From: Chloroflexota bacterium
GTDB taxonomy: Bacteria; Chloroflexota; UBA11872; VXOZ01
DNA: 64,000 nucleotides
Assembly (NCBI GenBank): GCA_963662335.2
Contig: CAXXVD010000002.1
Location: 498,062-562,061, forward strand
Reading direction: 5' to 3'
The position numbers and the translations under genes are program-made. This document shows, in pieces, positions 43,556 through 53,866 of this stretch; position 1 is the first letter of the stretch; each line of letters starts with the position of its first letter. The notes beneath the pieces are model-generated. The model searched no databases, had not been told where the DNA came from, and was given only the letters and a program-made list of their open reading frames with translations.

Positions 43556-44131
43556 TTACCGAGGAGAGGCGACGCCCTGGTACAAATCAGTCAGGTTGAG
43601 GTTGAATCCGGCCAGCGTGGGCGAAGTCAACACCTGTCCTTCGCCGTAGACGTCCACAACCCGGTAGCGCTCTTCGCGCAGAAGCAGCACCGTCACTGTC
43701 CACGCAACGGGATCCACCAACCAGTATTCGCTTACGCCGTGCCGCGCGTACAGGTCCCGTTTGCTCGTCCAGTCAGTCCTGGCAGTGGAATCGGAGAGAA
43801 CTTCGACGACGAGAGCCGGCGCTCCCTGGATGTTGGCGGCGGTGACAATGTGCGCCCGCTCATTGGAGACGAAAAGCAGGTCGGGCTGCGTCACGACGGT
43901 TTCCGAGAGCACGACGTCGCAGGGAGCAAGGAGGACTTCCCCGAGACCGTTCGCTCTGACAAATGCAGAGAGCGCCCACCCGAGTTCGCGGACGACCCGC
44001 TGGTGGGCAATGTTCGGCGCGGTCTTTTCGACTAATTCTCCGTCAAGCAGTTCATAGCGGCGGTCGTCCGGCGTTTGCGCATAGTCTGCATAGGTAAGCA
44101 CGGCCTTGGGCTGTGCGCTAGCCGCTTTCAT
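43556..44131 (-). CDS. Uma2-family (DUF820) endonuclease
   Basis: ATG 44131 after GAGGAGG. YELLDGELV...PNIAHQRVV...VVTQPDLLFV...GAPALVVEVLSDST...D...K...YARHGVSEYWLVDP. Confidence 0.85.
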   Translation of the reverse strand: MKAASAQPKAVLTYADYAQTPDDRRYELLDGELVEKTAPNIAHQRVVRELGWALSAFVRANGLGEVLLAPCDVVLSETVVTQPDLLFVSNERAHIVTAANIQGAPALVVEVLSDSTARTDWTSKRDLYARHGVSEYWLVDPVAWTVTVLLLREERYRVVDVYGEGQVLTSPTLAGFNLNLTDLYQGVASPR

Positions 44132-44251
44132 TGGAACTCCTCCTCGTGACGGGGCCAACTCGTTAACTGAGATTGAGTTCGCGCCGCCTGATTGCTCCAC
44201 TCTCGCTATCGAGAATAGCCGCCGCGTGGGTTGAAGGCCCGCGCATAACGG

Positions 44252-44608
44252 TCAGTCCGTTTGCGGCGGGCCGGCTTCCAGCGGATAGCCGTCTTGCTGC
44301 CAGCCGACGATGCCGGGGCCGAGGTTGTAGAGGTCTTCAAGGCCCATGGCGGCGGCGATTTCGCAGGCAACCTGGCTGCTCTGGCCCACGTCGCAGACGA
44401 AGATGATCTTGTCGTCTGCTAGAAACTCCCACGGCTTTTGCAGGAGTTCGGGCAAGGGGGCCAGGGTGGAGTTGGGGATGCGAGCCTGGGCGAATTGGAT
44501 GGGCGTGCGCACGTCGATGACCTGGTACTCGCCGCTGTCGATCATCTGCCGCGCTTCCGCGCTGTCCACCGTGCCAAAAGGAATGTCGGTATCTGCTTGC
44601 TGCGCCAT
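44252..44608 (-). CDS. rhodanese-like single-domain sulfurtransferase
   Basis: YQVIDVRTPIQFAQARIPNS and active-site loop FVCDVGQSS. Confidence 0.8.
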   Translation of the reverse strand: MAQQADTDIPFGTVDSAEARQMIDSGEYQVIDVRTPIQFAQARIPNSTLAPLPELLQKPWEFLADDKIIFVCDVGQSSQVACEIAAAMGLEDLYNLGPGIVGWQQDGYPLEAGPPQTD

Positions 44609-44925
44609 AGAGAGCCTCCGGAAAGTTAAATGCTACCGTATCCATTCTATACGAACCGGCGCCGCTCGACACCGTTTGCGCGCTATGCCAGTTTAGCGGC
44701 CTCTTATGCAAGTAAAGGCGCTCAGGAGAGATTGCGCGGCGCGTATTTCCGGTGCGGCAGGATGGATTCGCGAGACCAATCCGCTTGCGCCGCGCCGACG
44801 CGGCCTGCGCCATTTCTCTATACTGTATGGCAATTGCGGCGACGTGGCTCATTGCTCGGACAAACGCGTAGCATGGCCGCCGTTTGGCGCATCGTCCCAA
44901 TAGACATGAAAGGGAGAGTGCTCTC

Positions 44926-45957
44926 GTGAGTGACGTGTTCGATTTCGATACGTACATCATGGCGTACTACGACAAACATCCGCCTTTAATGCACTTTGCC
45001 GGCGAGAGCCGGGATGAGTGGTACGTCTGGCAGCAACGCTTACGTACCAAACTGCTTGAACTCATGGAGCCGTTTCCCGAGCAGACGCCGCTGGACGCGC
45101 GCGTCGTCGAGGAGCGGGAACAGTTCGGCGTGCACTACGAGAAAGTGGTGTATACCACCGCCGAAGACGTGCAGGTCCCGGCGTGGTTGCTCATCCCGGA
45201 GAACGTGGCAACGCCGGCGCCAGGCATCATTTGTCTGCACGGCCACGGGGGGCCGTACGGCAAAGATCCCGTGGCGCACGTGGATCATGGCAAAGAGGAA
45301 CTCGCGCGGGCGATCAAGAACTACAACTATGACTATGGCCTGCAGCTAGCCAAACGCGGCTTTGTAACGCTCTGTCCCGATGCGCGCGGCTTTGGCGAGC
45401 GCAGAGAAGGCTTTCGGCGTTTCGGCAATCGGGACGGCTGCAACGTGAACGGCATCATGACCTTCCTCTTCGGCATGAACCTCACGGCGTTGAACACGTG
45501 GGACGATATGCGCGGTCTTGACTATCTCGGGAGCCGCCCGGAAGTGGACGGGGACCGGCTCGGTTGCATCGGCTTATCCCTTGGCGGCACGCGCTCGATG
45601 TACCTCTCGGCGGTCGACGAGCGCGTAAAAGCGTCCACCGTGGTCTGCTATTTGACCACCTTCAAGCAGTACGCCCTGAAGCAGGGGAACTTCTGCGGCT
45701 CGCAGTTCGTGCCGGGGGTCTTGCGATACGCGGAAGTGGCGGACATATGCGGCCTGGTCGCGCCGCGGCCCCTCCTCATCGAGTCCGGCATACAAGACGG
45801 AGGCTTTCCGATTGAGGCGGCGCGTGAGGCGTATGCACACTTGGAAACCATCTACGCGGCGGCGCAGGTATCGGAGAGCCTCTGGCTAGACGAATTCGAC
45901 GGCGGGCACCGGTTCAGCGGCGCCAAGGCCTTCGATTTCTTCAACGCGTATCTGTAA
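44926..45957 (+). CDS. alpha/beta hydrolase, tandem paralog 1
   Basis: GTG 44926 after AAAGGGAGAG. ICLHGHGG, nucleophile elbow CIGLSLGG, C-terminal DGGH. Esterase-like, specificity unknown. Confidence 0.75.
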   Translation: MSDVFDFDTYIMAYYDKHPPLMHFAGESRDEWYVWQQRLRTKLLELMEPFPEQTPLDARVVEEREQFGVHYEKVVYTTAEDVQVPAWLLIPENVATPAPGIICLHGHGGPYGKDPVAHVDHGKEELARAIKNYNYDYGLQLAKRGFVTLCPDARGFGERREGFRRFGNRDGCNVNGIMTFLFGMNLTALNTWDDMRGLDYLGSRPEVDGDRLGCIGLSLGGTRSMYLSAVDERVKASTVVCYLTTFKQYALKQGNFCGSQFVPGVLRYAEVADICGLVAPRPLLIESGIQDGGFPIEAAREAYAHLETIYAAAQVSESLWLDEFDGGHRFSGAKAFDFFNAYL

Positions 45958-46319
45958 GGCGGCGCCTCTGGGGGAGGTTGCGGCGCTTCGCGCAGGGCAC
46001 AACGCGGCGCTGGCGACCGAGCCCAGGTATGCCTCCCCAAAGAGAGTTCTCCGCATACCGTCTCGCTGCCTATGGCGTCAACGGGCACAGCGTCTTTCCC
46101 TGATCGGCCGGCCTGTTTTGGCTCGTGCCGTCGTTTAGTCCCGCCCGCACACAGCCCTCTGCCAGGTTGCATGAGAGGCGCTACTGCAGGCTCTTGCTTT
46201 ACGGCTGGGCTTGGCAGAGAGGTGCGATTGCAGCTATGGATGAGAATTGGTGCGGTCTGTGGCGGGGTTGAGTAAGCGTATTGTAAGTATTCGGTGTGTT
46301 GAAGCAGGAGATGCACCCC

Positions 46320-47348
46320 ATGAGCGATGTTCTTGATTTCGATTCGTACATCATGGCGTACTACGATAAGCATGCCCCGTTGCTGCGCTTTGCCGGCGAG
46401 AGCCGGGATGAGTGGTACACGTGGCAACAGCGCTTGCGCGCCAAGCTGCTCGATCTCATGGAGCCATTCCCCGAGCAGGCGCCGCTGGAGGCGCGGGTCG
46501 TCGCGGAGCGGGAGCAGTTTGGCGTGCACTACGAAAAAGTGGTGTACACCACCTCGGAAGACGTGCAGGTACCGGCGTGGCTTTTGATCCCGGATGACGT
46601 AGCGCAGCCTGCTCCCGGTATCATCTGCTTGCACGGTCACGGCTTTGACGGCAAGGATAACGTGGCGCACGTGGACTACGGTGAGGAAGAAAGGGCCCGG
46701 ACGATCGAACGCGCCAATTATGACTACGGCCTGCAGCTTGCCAAGCGCGGTTATGTGACCCTGTGCCCCGATGCGCGCGGCTTTGGCGAGCGCGGAGAAG
46801 ACTTTCGGCGCTACGGCAAACGCGACGGCTGTAACGTGAACGGCATCAAGACCTTCCTCTTCGGGATGAACCTGATGGCGCTCAATACCTGGGACGACAT
46901 GCGCGGCCTGGACTACCTGGCCAGCCGCCCGGAAGTGGATGCGGACCGGCTGGGCTGCATCGGCCTCTCGTTTGGGGGCACGCGCTCCATGTACCTGGCG
47001 GCGGTGGACGAGCGCGTGAAAGCGGCTGACGTGGTCTGCTATCTGACCACGTTCAAGCAGTACGCGCTGAAGCAGGGGAACTTCTGCGGCTCGCAGTTCG
47101 TGCCGGGGGTCTTGCGATACGCGGAAGTGGCGGACATCTGCGGCCTGGTCGCACCGCGGCCGCTGCTGATCGAGTCGGGCATTCATGACGGAGGCTTTCC
47201 GATCGAGGCCGCGCGCGAGGCGTACGCCCACCTGGAGCGCATCTACGCGGCGGCGCAGGTACCGGAAAGCCTCTGGTTGGACGAATTCGACGGCGGGCAC
47301 CAATTCAGCGGCGCGAAAGCCTTCGACTTCTTCAACGCCTACCTGTAG
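46320..47348 (+). CDS. alpha/beta hydrolase, tandem paralog 2
   Basis: ATG 46320, 9 nt after AGGAG. Closely similar to paralog 1 throughout. CIGLSFGG elbow. Confidence 0.75.
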   Translation: MSDVLDFDSYIMAYYDKHAPLLRFAGESRDEWYTWQQRLRAKLLDLMEPFPEQAPLEARVVAEREQFGVHYEKVVYTTSEDVQVPAWLLIPDDVAQPAPGIICLHGHGFDGKDNVAHVDYGEEERARTIERANYDYGLQLAKRGYVTLCPDARGFGERGEDFRRYGKRDGCNVNGIKTFLFGMNLMALNTWDDMRGLDYLASRPEVDADRLGCIGLSFGGTRSMYLAAVDERVKAADVVCYLTTFKQYALKQGNFCGSQFVPGVLRYAEVADICGLVAPRPLLIESGIHDGGFPIEAAREAYAHLERIYAAAQVPESLWLDEFDGGHQFSGAKAFDFFNAYL

Positions 47349-47611
47349 GACGGAGATCGCGCCAGGCGCAGGCCGCGGGCGTTGTGGTGCAGCCGGTTGC
47401 GGCGCACCATCCGGCTGCGGCCGCCCAGACCGAGAATGCCCGTAGACGCCACCTCGGCGTAGACCGTCTCCTTGCTGGCCGTGTCCACCATGACGGCGCG
47501 AACCGTGCCGAGCAAGCGGTTCTTGTCGTCGTACACCCGCAGGCCGCGCAGGTCCTGGAACTGCGTATCGGGCGTGTCTGCCAACTCTTGCTCGTAGCGG
47601 CGGAGCGACAT
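47339..47611 (-). CDS. PRC-barrel domain protein
   Basis: ATG 47611 after GAGGAAGAAGGGAA. LRGLRVYDDKNRLLGTVRAVMVD....VYAEV is PRC-barrel-like. Confidence 0.55.
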   Translation of the reverse strand: MSLRRYEQELADTPDTQFQDLRGLRVYDDKNRLLGTVRAVMVDTASKETVYAEVASTGILGLGGRSRMVRRNRLHHNARGLRLARSPSYR

Positions 47612-47741
47612 GTCTTTTCCCTTCTTCCTCACTGCTAATCGCTCTTCATTCCCTACTTAACACTGTGCCGGGGAAGTGTGAGAGCAACGTGAGAAAGAGT
47701 TTGCCGCCAGGTTAAAGCGCGGTGATTGGGCGGAAAGAGTC

Positions 47742-49052
47742 CTACGCCGGCTGCGCGGCTTCTGCCGCGACCGGCGTCGGTTCCGCCGTGTCGTCCACGC
47801 GGAAGATGAACCAGGCGGCAATTGCCATCATGGGCAAGAAGGCGGCCACGGCGGCCGGGCGGCCCCAGCCGAGGCCGTCGGCAATCAGCGCCCAGAGCAG
47901 GGGGCCGATGATGGCGGCAAAGCGCCCCACCATGGCGTAGAGGCCGTAGAACTGGCCGATGTGCTGCGGCGGCGCCAGGCGCAGCATCAAGGGACGGTCG
48001 GCGGCCCACGTGCTGCCGAGCGAGAAGCCGCCAAGCGCCGCTGCTCCCCAGATGATGTTGGACGTGAGGTTGAAGAAGGGCACGACAATGGCCAGCGTAA
48101 TGGCTACGGCCCATACCCCGATTACGATTAGCAGCGACGGCCGCGGCCCAATCCAGTCCACCACGAAGCCCCACGACAACCCGCCCAGCATGGCCGTGGT
48201 GATGCCCAGCATGAGCGCCAGTTGCGCCTGCGTCTCGGTAAAGTCCACTTCGTTCGTCAGGTAGATGCCCATGAAGATGATGAACGTGTTGGCGGCATCG
48301 GTATAGAAGACCCGGCCGATGAGAAAGCGCCGCAGGTTTGGCAGTCTGTCGAGGCGGGCAAGCGTGTTGCGCAAGTCGTGGAGCGTGCGCTTTACGGCCT
48401 CGCGGCCCAGGAAGACCGTGCCGGCGCGGGGGTTCTCGCGCACCCAGAGGAAGCACGGCAGGGCAAACAAGAGAAAGAGCACCGCCGTGAGCTTGAACAC
48501 CAGCGGTTTGTCGGCGGGGTTTTCCTCAAGAATAGTGAGCCCCAGCAGGTTGTCCAAGACCATGAGCCCCATCAGCACGCCGATGAAGGAACCCATGTAG
48601 CCGATGCCCACGCCAAAGCCGCCCACGCGCCCGCGGTTGGTCTCGGTGCTCACCACCGGCAGCAGCGAGTCGTAGAAGATTAGGCCGGACTGGTAGAAGG
48701 TGTTGGCAACGATGAAGATGACGAGCGCCAGGAAGATTCCGGTGATGCCCAGCAGCAACGTCGCCGCGCAGCAGATGAGCGTTGAAACGACGAGAAACGG
48801 CATCCGGCGGGGGGTCTGATCCGAGAGCGCGCCCAGGAACGGCGCGACCAGGAAGACGATGAACATGGAGAGGCTGTTGGCCAGCGCGTAGTCGCTGTCC
48901 CTCCCGCCCATGTCGTTCACGACCCACAGCGAGAAGTAGAGCGACACGATGTTCATCGAGAAGATCGTGTTCGCCAGGTCGTAGAGCACCCAGCTTCCTA
49001 CCGATAGGAGCCTTGGGCGGTCAGGCGCGGCTGTGGCGGTTGCGGCGGCCAT
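47742..49052 (-). CDS. MFS transporter (UMF1/Atg22-like subfamily)
   Basis: 12 TM protein. SWVLYDLANTIFSMNIVSLYFSLWV N-terminal block is typical of UMF1-type MFS. Confidence 0.75.
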   Translation of the reverse strand: MAAATATAAPDRPRLLSVGSWVLYDLANTIFSMNIVSLYFSLWVVNDMGGRDSDYALANSLSMFIVFLVAPFLGALSDQTPRRMPFLVVSTLICCAATLLLGITGIFLALVIFIVANTFYQSGLIFYDSLLPVVSTETNRGRVGGFGVGIGYMGSFIGVLMGLMVLDNLLGLTILEENPADKPLVFKLTAVLFLLFALPCFLWVRENPRAGTVFLGREAVKRTLHDLRNTLARLDRLPNLRRFLIGRVFYTDAANTFIIFMGIYLTNEVDFTETQAQLALMLGITTAMLGGLSWGFVVDWIGPRPSLLIVIGVWAVAITLAIVVPFFNLTSNIIWGAAALGGFSLGSTWAADRPLMLRLAPPQHIGQFYGLYAMVGRFAAIIGPLLWALIADGLGWGRPAAVAAFLPMMAIAAWFIFRVDDTAEPTPVAAEAAQPA

Positions 49053-49262
49053 GGTTGCTTGGCGGCGCTCCTATGGGTAGGCAATCATTCGACTGATGGG
49101 TCGGCGGCGGCGCGCGGCGGGAACTCCCTTGCCGCAGACACGCGCACGCGCGGCTGTTGGGAGTATAGCAGGTGCGGCTACGGAATACACGGCGGCAGAA
49201 CTCTCCGGAGAGCGAGCGCTGTCGGCTGGGCCGCACTGCGAGCCGCGGGCCTACCCGCCGGC

Positions 49263-50069
49263 TTAAGCGTACGGCGCGTCTAGTTCTTGGAGAATAGACG
49301 TAGCGAGAGCCGCCATGCCTTCGACCTGGGACACGTGGCGGTCGTAGGCGTCCGGAGAGACCCGTGTGTCGATGTATTCGACAGAGAGCGGCCCCGCGTA
49401 GCCGCACCGCGTGAGGCCGCGCAGGATGCCGGCAAAGTCGACACACCCCTGGCCGGGCGGCACGAGGATTTCGTCAAGCGTGTTGCCGGCGTCGCGCAAG
49501 TGGACGATGCGCGTGTGCGGAAACGTCGCGGAGAAGTCGCGGCCCTGCCAGGGGCCGGCGTAGAAGTGCGAAGGGTCCAGGGCAAGGCCGAGGTTCGGCG
49601 CGGACTCTGCCAGCCGCACGGCCACTGCCGGTAGTTCAGTGAGACAGTTGACGTGGGTTTCGAGGCACAGCGTGACGTTATGGCCGGCGGCAATGGCGGC
49701 AAGGCGCCGGAGTTCGTCGATTGCCGTATCCAGGGGCGTGCCGTTGGCGGGCGCATTGATGCAGATCGCGTAAAGTTCGTGAGAGGCGGCCAGGGCGCAA
49801 ACGGCCGCAGTTTGCTCTGCCAGCGAAACGTCCGCGTTCCGGTCAAGCCCCACGTTCATGGCGCACAACGTGAGGTTCGCCCGCTCCAATCCGCGCCGGA
49901 GGGAAGCGGCGATGCTTTCACCGGAGCGGGCAAGCGCCGGGGCGCTCCCGTGCGCCCAATTCTGCACGCCCAGATCGACATAACGAAAGCCCAATCGCGC
50001 TATGCGCGCGAGTGCCTCGTCCAGCGGTTGTTGTGTGAAGCAGAGCGTAGAGCAGGCAAGTCTCAGCAT
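49263..50069 (-). CDS. sugar phosphate isomerase/epimerase (xylose-isomerase-like TIM barrel)
   Basis: LACSTLCF....LDEALARIARLGFRYVDL, plus later LETH and HLRD motifs. Confidence 0.75.
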   Translation of the reverse strand: MLRLACSTLCFTQQPLDEALARIARLGFRYVDLGVQNWAHGSAPALARSGESIAASLRRGLERANLTLCAMNVGLDRNADVSLAEQTAAVCALAASHELYAICINAPANGTPLDTAIDELRRLAAIAAGHNVTLCLETHVNCLTELPAVAVRLAESAPNLGLALDPSHFYAGPWQGRDFSATFPHTRIVHLRDAGNTLDEILVPPGQGCVDFAGILRGLTRCGYAGPLSVEYIDTRVSPDAYDRHVSQVEGMAALATSILQELDAPYA

Positions 50070-50190
50070 GAGCTTGGCGAGATCTCCCGGTCCCGCGCGC
50101 TGGGCGCGACCATACCGTCGTACTTAGTCATCGAGTGGCCCCAGAGCGCGGCGCGCGACAATTGCACTCCCAGGCGCGCGCCTTCCACGG

Positions 50191-51012
50191 CTACGGCGCC
50201 CGCGTCGTCGCCGCGCGCATGGCGCGGACGAGGTCGGTGAGCGCGTCGTAGCGCCGCGCCGCCGGGGTCTCGTCTAGGAGGTTGATCAAGGCGCTGGCGC
50301 TGACCACGCCCTCGGCCAACTGAGCGATCGTGGCCACGTGTTCGGGACGGGAGACGCCGAATCCTACCGCCAGCGGTAGGTCGGTATGCTCCCGCACGCG
50401 GGCCAGGAAGTCGGGCAGCGCGGCGGAGAGTTGCTCGCGCGCGCCGGTGACGCCGGTGAGCGAGACGCAGTAGACGAAGCCGCTGCCCGCTTGGACGTTG
50501 GCCCGGATGCGCGACTCGGTGCTGGTGGGCGCGAGGAGCGGGATGAGGTCGAGGCCGTGGGCACGGGCCAGGCGGGCGAACTCCTGCCCCTCCTCCGGCG
50601 GCAAATCGGGAACAATGAAGCCGTCCAGGCCGATTTCCGCCGCTTCCGCCGCGATGCGCTCCAGGCCGTAGTGCAGAAACGGATTGTAGTAGCCCATGAA
50701 TACGAGCGGGGTTTCCACGCCATCGTCCCGCAACTCGCGCACCAGGTTGAGCGCCATGCCTAGGGTCGTGCCCTGGTCGAGGGCGGTTTGCGAGGCGTGC
50801 TGGATGGTGGCGCCGTCGGCGAGCGGGTCGGAGAAGGGAATGCCGAGTTCTACCACGTCCGTGCCGCCGGCCAGCAGCGCGCGCACGACGTCTTTCGTCT
50901 CCGCCGGCGTGGGATAGCCGACGGTGGCAAAGGTGAGCAGCGCGGCGCGGTTCTCGGCTTTGGCCTGGGCAAAGGCGGCGGCAAGGCGGCTTGTTTGACG
51001 AGATTGGCTCAC
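50191..51012 (-). CDS. trpA: tryptophan synthase alpha chain
   Basis: [49 protein letters not shown] 51012 overlaps the trpB stop (GTGA). The ORF-track extension to 51177 is rejected. Confidence 0.93.
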   Translation of the reverse strand: MSQSRQTSRLAAAFAQAKAENRAALLTFATVGYPTPAETKDVVRALLAGGTDVVELGIPFSDPLADGATIQHASQTALDQGTTLGMALNLVRELRDDGVETPLVFMGYYNPFLHYGLERIAAEAAEIGLDGFIVPDLPPEEGQEFARLARAHGLDLIPLLAPTSTESRIRANVQAGSGFVYCVSLTGVTGAREQLSAALPDFLARVREHTDLPLAVGFGVSRPEHVATIAQLAEGVVSASALINLLDETPAARRYDALTDLVRAMRAATTRAP

Positions 51013-52208
51013 AGTTCCACCCCCAGTCCCTCGGCCACGATGGTCATGTCCTTGTCGCCCCGGCCGGAGAGGTTGACCAGCACAATCTGATCCTGCGGAA
51101 GCGCACTGGCCAGTTGCGCGGCGTGGTACATGGCATGGGCGGGTTCCAAGGCCGGGATGATGCCTTCCGTCCGGCACAGATGTTGAAAGCCTTCCAGGGC
51201 CTGCGCGTCCGTTACGCCCACGTATTCCGCGCGCCCCAGGTCTTTCAAGTAACTGTGCTCGGGGCCGACGCCGGGGTAGTCCAGACCGGCGGAGATGCTA
51301 TGGGGCTCGTAGATTTGCCCCTCGTCGTCTTGCAGCAAGTAGCTCTTCGCGCCGTGGAGGGTGCCGGGTGTGCCGGCCACCAGCGTCGCGGCGTGCGCGC
51401 CGCTCTCGAGGCCGTGGCCGGCGGCTTCTACCCCGATCAGGCGCACCTCCGCGTCATCCAGGAAGGGATAGAAAATGCCGATGGCGTTGCTGCCGCCGCC
51501 GACACAGGCCACCACCGCATCGGGCAGACGCCCCAGTTGCGCCAGGCATTGCTCACGAGATTCCCGGCCGATGACGCTTTGCAAGTCGCGCACGATTGTC
51601 GGATACGGGTGCGGGCCGACCACCGAGCCGATGATGTAGTGGGTGGTCTCGACGTTGGTGACCCAATCGCGGATGGTCTCGTTGATGGCGTCTTTGAGCG
51701 TGCGGCTGCCGGACATAACTGGAATAACGGTGGCGCCGAGCAACTTCATGCGGAAGACGTTGAGCGTTTGGCGGTGCACGTCCACCTCGCCCATGTAGAC
51801 GATGCACTCCAGGCCGAGTTTGGCGCAGGCGGCGGCGGTGGCCACGCCGTGCTGTCCCGCGCCGGTCTCGGCGATGATGCGGGTGCGGCCGATGCGCTGG
51901 GCCAGCAGCGCCTGGCCGAGAGCATTGTTGATCTTGTGCGCGCCGGTGTGGGCCAGGTCTTCGCGCTTGAGGTAGATTTGCGCGCCGCCGATTTCGTCGC
52001 TCAGGCGCGCCGCGTGGTAGAGCGGCGTGGGACGGCCCACGTAGTGGTCCAGCAGGACGTCAAGCTCGTGCTGAAACGCGGCGTCCACGCGGAAGCGGGC
52101 GTAGGCTTCCTCGAGTTCTTCCAAGGCCGGAATGACCGTTTCGGGGACGTAGCGGCCGCCGTAGTCGCCGAACTGGCCCCGTACGGTGAGTGGTGGTGTC
52201 GTCGCCAT
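51009..52208 (-). CDS. trpB: tryptophan synthase beta chain
   Basis: [32 protein letters not shown] (PLP lysine), [11 protein letters not shown] 52208 has AGGAG 7 nt upstream (alt ATG 52226). Confidence 0.95.
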   Translation of the reverse strand: MATTPPLTVRGQFGDYGGRYVPETVIPALEELEEAYARFRVDAAFQHELDVLLDHYVGRPTPLYHAARLSDEIGGAQIYLKREDLAHTGAHKINNALGQALLAQRIGRTRIIAETGAGQHGVATAAACAKLGLECIVYMGEVDVHRQTLNVFRMKLLGATVIPVMSGSRTLKDAINETIRDWVTNVETTHYIIGSVVGPHPYPTIVRDLQSVIGRESREQCLAQLGRLPDAVVACVGGGSNAIGIFYPFLDDAEVRLIGVEAAGHGLESGAHAATLVAGTPGTLHGAKSYLLQDDEGQIYEPHSISAGLDYPGVGPEHSYLKDLGRAEYVGVTDAQALEGFQHLCRTEGIIPALEPAHAMYHAAQLASALPQDQIVLVNLSGRGDKDMTIVAEGLGVEL

Positions 52209-52295
52209 GAGTTGGCTCCTGTTCATGTTCTCAATGCGCTGCCCGGCGCGCGGCGCGCCGCGGCGAAGACGTTTTCAATGCAATTGCGCTCGCGC

Positions 52296-53366
52296 CTAAC
52301 CGGCAACGGCCTGCGTCGCGAGCAGTTTCGGATAGTCGATGTACATGGCGGCGCGGGCGTGGGCCATGGTTGCGCCGCCCACCGCCTGGGTTTGCTCAAT
52401 GCCGCCGCGCAAGACTTCCGGCACGATGTCCGGGTCCTGTGCAAAGGCTTCGCGCCGCTCGCGGATGGGGTCGAGCATCCCGTTGAGGGCGGCGACCAGT
52501 TTGCGCTTCACCTCCACGTCGCCGACGCGGCCCTTGCGGTAGCGGTCTTTCAGTTCGTCTACTTCGGCCACGTCCGGGTTGAAGGCGTCGTGGTACATGA
52601 AGACCGGGTTGCCCTCCACGTGGCCGGGATCGGTGGCGCGCAGCCGCGTGGGATCGGTGTACATGCTCATCACCTTCTTCTGCACGGAATCCGCGTCGTC
52701 GCTCAGCAGGATGACGTTGCCCAGGCTCTTGCTCATCTTCGCCTGGCCGTCGGTGCCCATGAGGCGCGGCACCTCGCTCAGGCGGTGGGTGCATTCCAGA
52801 AAGACGCGGTCGTAGGTGCGGTTGAACCAGCCGGCGATGTCGTTGGTGAGTTCCAGCAGCGGCAGTTGGTCTTCGCCCACCGGCACGCAGAGTTCGTCGC
52901 CGTCCACGTGGGGCGGCGGCGGCGTGAAGAGCAGCACGTCGGCGGCCTGGGAAACGGGATAATTGTAGAAGCCGAGGTTGCCGGCGCGCTCGCCGTATTG
53001 CGCGCGCTCGCTCTTGATGGTGGGATTGCGCTCGACGTAGGCCATGGGCGTGAGCATCGAGAAATAGGTGGTGAGTTCGGTCAGGTCTTGAATCTGGCTT
53101 TGCAGCACGAAGAAGATGTTGGACTGCTTGGTGGGATCGAGCCCCACGGCAAGCCAGTCGAGCACCATTTCGCGCACCGATTCGACGATGCGGCGCGGCT
53201 CGTCGAAGTGCGTGCTAAAGGCCTGCACGTCGGCGAGCAGGAAGTAGCATTCGTACTCGCCCTGCATTTCGACCCAGTTGCGCAGCGCGCCGGCGTAATG
53301 GCCGAGATGCGCGGCGCCGGTGGTGCGCATGCCGGTGAGAATGCGTTTTTGGGGTGGTCGCTTCAC
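52296..53366 (-). CDS. trpS: tryptophan--tRNA ligase
   Basis: GMRTTGAAHLGHYAG (HIGH-type motif), VPVGEDQ, KMSKSLGN. GTG start after GAGGAGG. Confidence 0.93.
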   Translation of the reverse strand: MKRPPQKRILTGMRTTGAAHLGHYAGALRNWVEMQGEYECYFLLADVQAFSTHFDEPRRIVESVREMVLDWLAVGLDPTKQSNIFFVLQSQIQDLTELTTYFSMLTPMAYVERNPTIKSERAQYGERAGNLGFYNYPVSQAADVLLFTPPPPHVDGDELCVPVGEDQLPLLELTNDIAGWFNRTYDRVFLECTHRLSEVPRLMGTDGQAKMSKSLGNVILLSDDADSVQKKVMSMYTDPTRLRATDPGHVEGNPVFMYHDAFNPDVAEVDELKDRYRKGRVGDVEVKRKLVAALNGMLDPIRERREAFAQDPDIVPEVLRGGIEQTQAVGGATMAHARAAMYIDYPKLLATQAVAG

Positions 53367-53505
53367 AGTAGTCTGTCCTCCTCGCTTCGGCTCAAGCGAT
53401 CATGTGATTAGAGGTGCTTCTTCTCGCTGGTGTTTGGTTGACATCTACATGCGAACGTCTGCGAGGAAACTCCGTCATCAATTTGAAAATGGCGCGGCGG
53501 CCTCC

Positions 53506-53614
53506 GTTATTCCCGCGAAAGCGGGAATCCAGCGACCCGCACGCATACGCGCTGTCCCAGGCGGATGCAAGCTGCCGTGCTGCGCCCTAGATTCCTCGCT
53601 GCGCTCGGAATGAC
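53506..53614. repeat. family D hairpin (53506-53532) plus family B arm (53587-53614) in the spacer upstream of trpS
   Basis: GTTATTCCCGCGAAAGCGGGAATCCAG and CTAGATTCCTCGCTGCGCTCGGAATGAC. Confidence 0.85.
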
Positions 53615-53656
53615 ATGTACGGGCATGTGACACATTAGTTCCAAAGTCCACCTTGC

Positions 53657-53866
53657 CTAGTCTTCCCACCACTCCAGCGACTTACGCTGAAGTTCGAGGG
53701 AGGTGTACTGATCGCGATACTCGCGCAATCCACCGGCCCAGTTCAACCGCAATTTGCCTTTCCGGCGCGGCTTTGCCTTCTTTTCCAGCAGGAATTGCGC
53801 AAAGTCATAGACTTCCTGCTGCAACTCCGGCGGCAATTCCCGCACCAACTCCTCGAGTGTTTTCAT
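53657..53866 (-). CDS. DUF2281-like antitoxin-family protein, no intact partner toxin
   Basis: MKTLEELVRELPPELQQEVYDFAQFLLEKK....LRLNWAGGLREYRDQYTSLELQRKSLEWW has the typical DUF2281/VapB-like layout. Its start overlaps the trpF stop by 4 nt. Confidence 0.6.
   Translation of the reverse strand: MKTLEELVRELPPELQQEVYDFAQFLLEKKAKPRRKGKLRLNWAGGLREYRDQYTSLELQRKSLEWWED

Noticed and set aside
45852-47303. 483-aa minus-strand ORF spanning the hydrolase duplication
   Set aside because: It is antisense to hydrolase paralog 2 and the spacer, has no motifs, and its composition is that of a shadow frame.
50991-53411. 806-aa ORF on the plus strand
   Set aside because: It is antisense to trpB and trpS, which both carry unambiguous catalytic motifs. 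It is a high-GC shadow ORF.
53367-53656. A second T-box leader expected upstream of trpS
   Set aside because: There is no GGGTGGNACCGCG-like sequence or specifier architecture on the minus strand. The spacer consists of family B and D repeat units.
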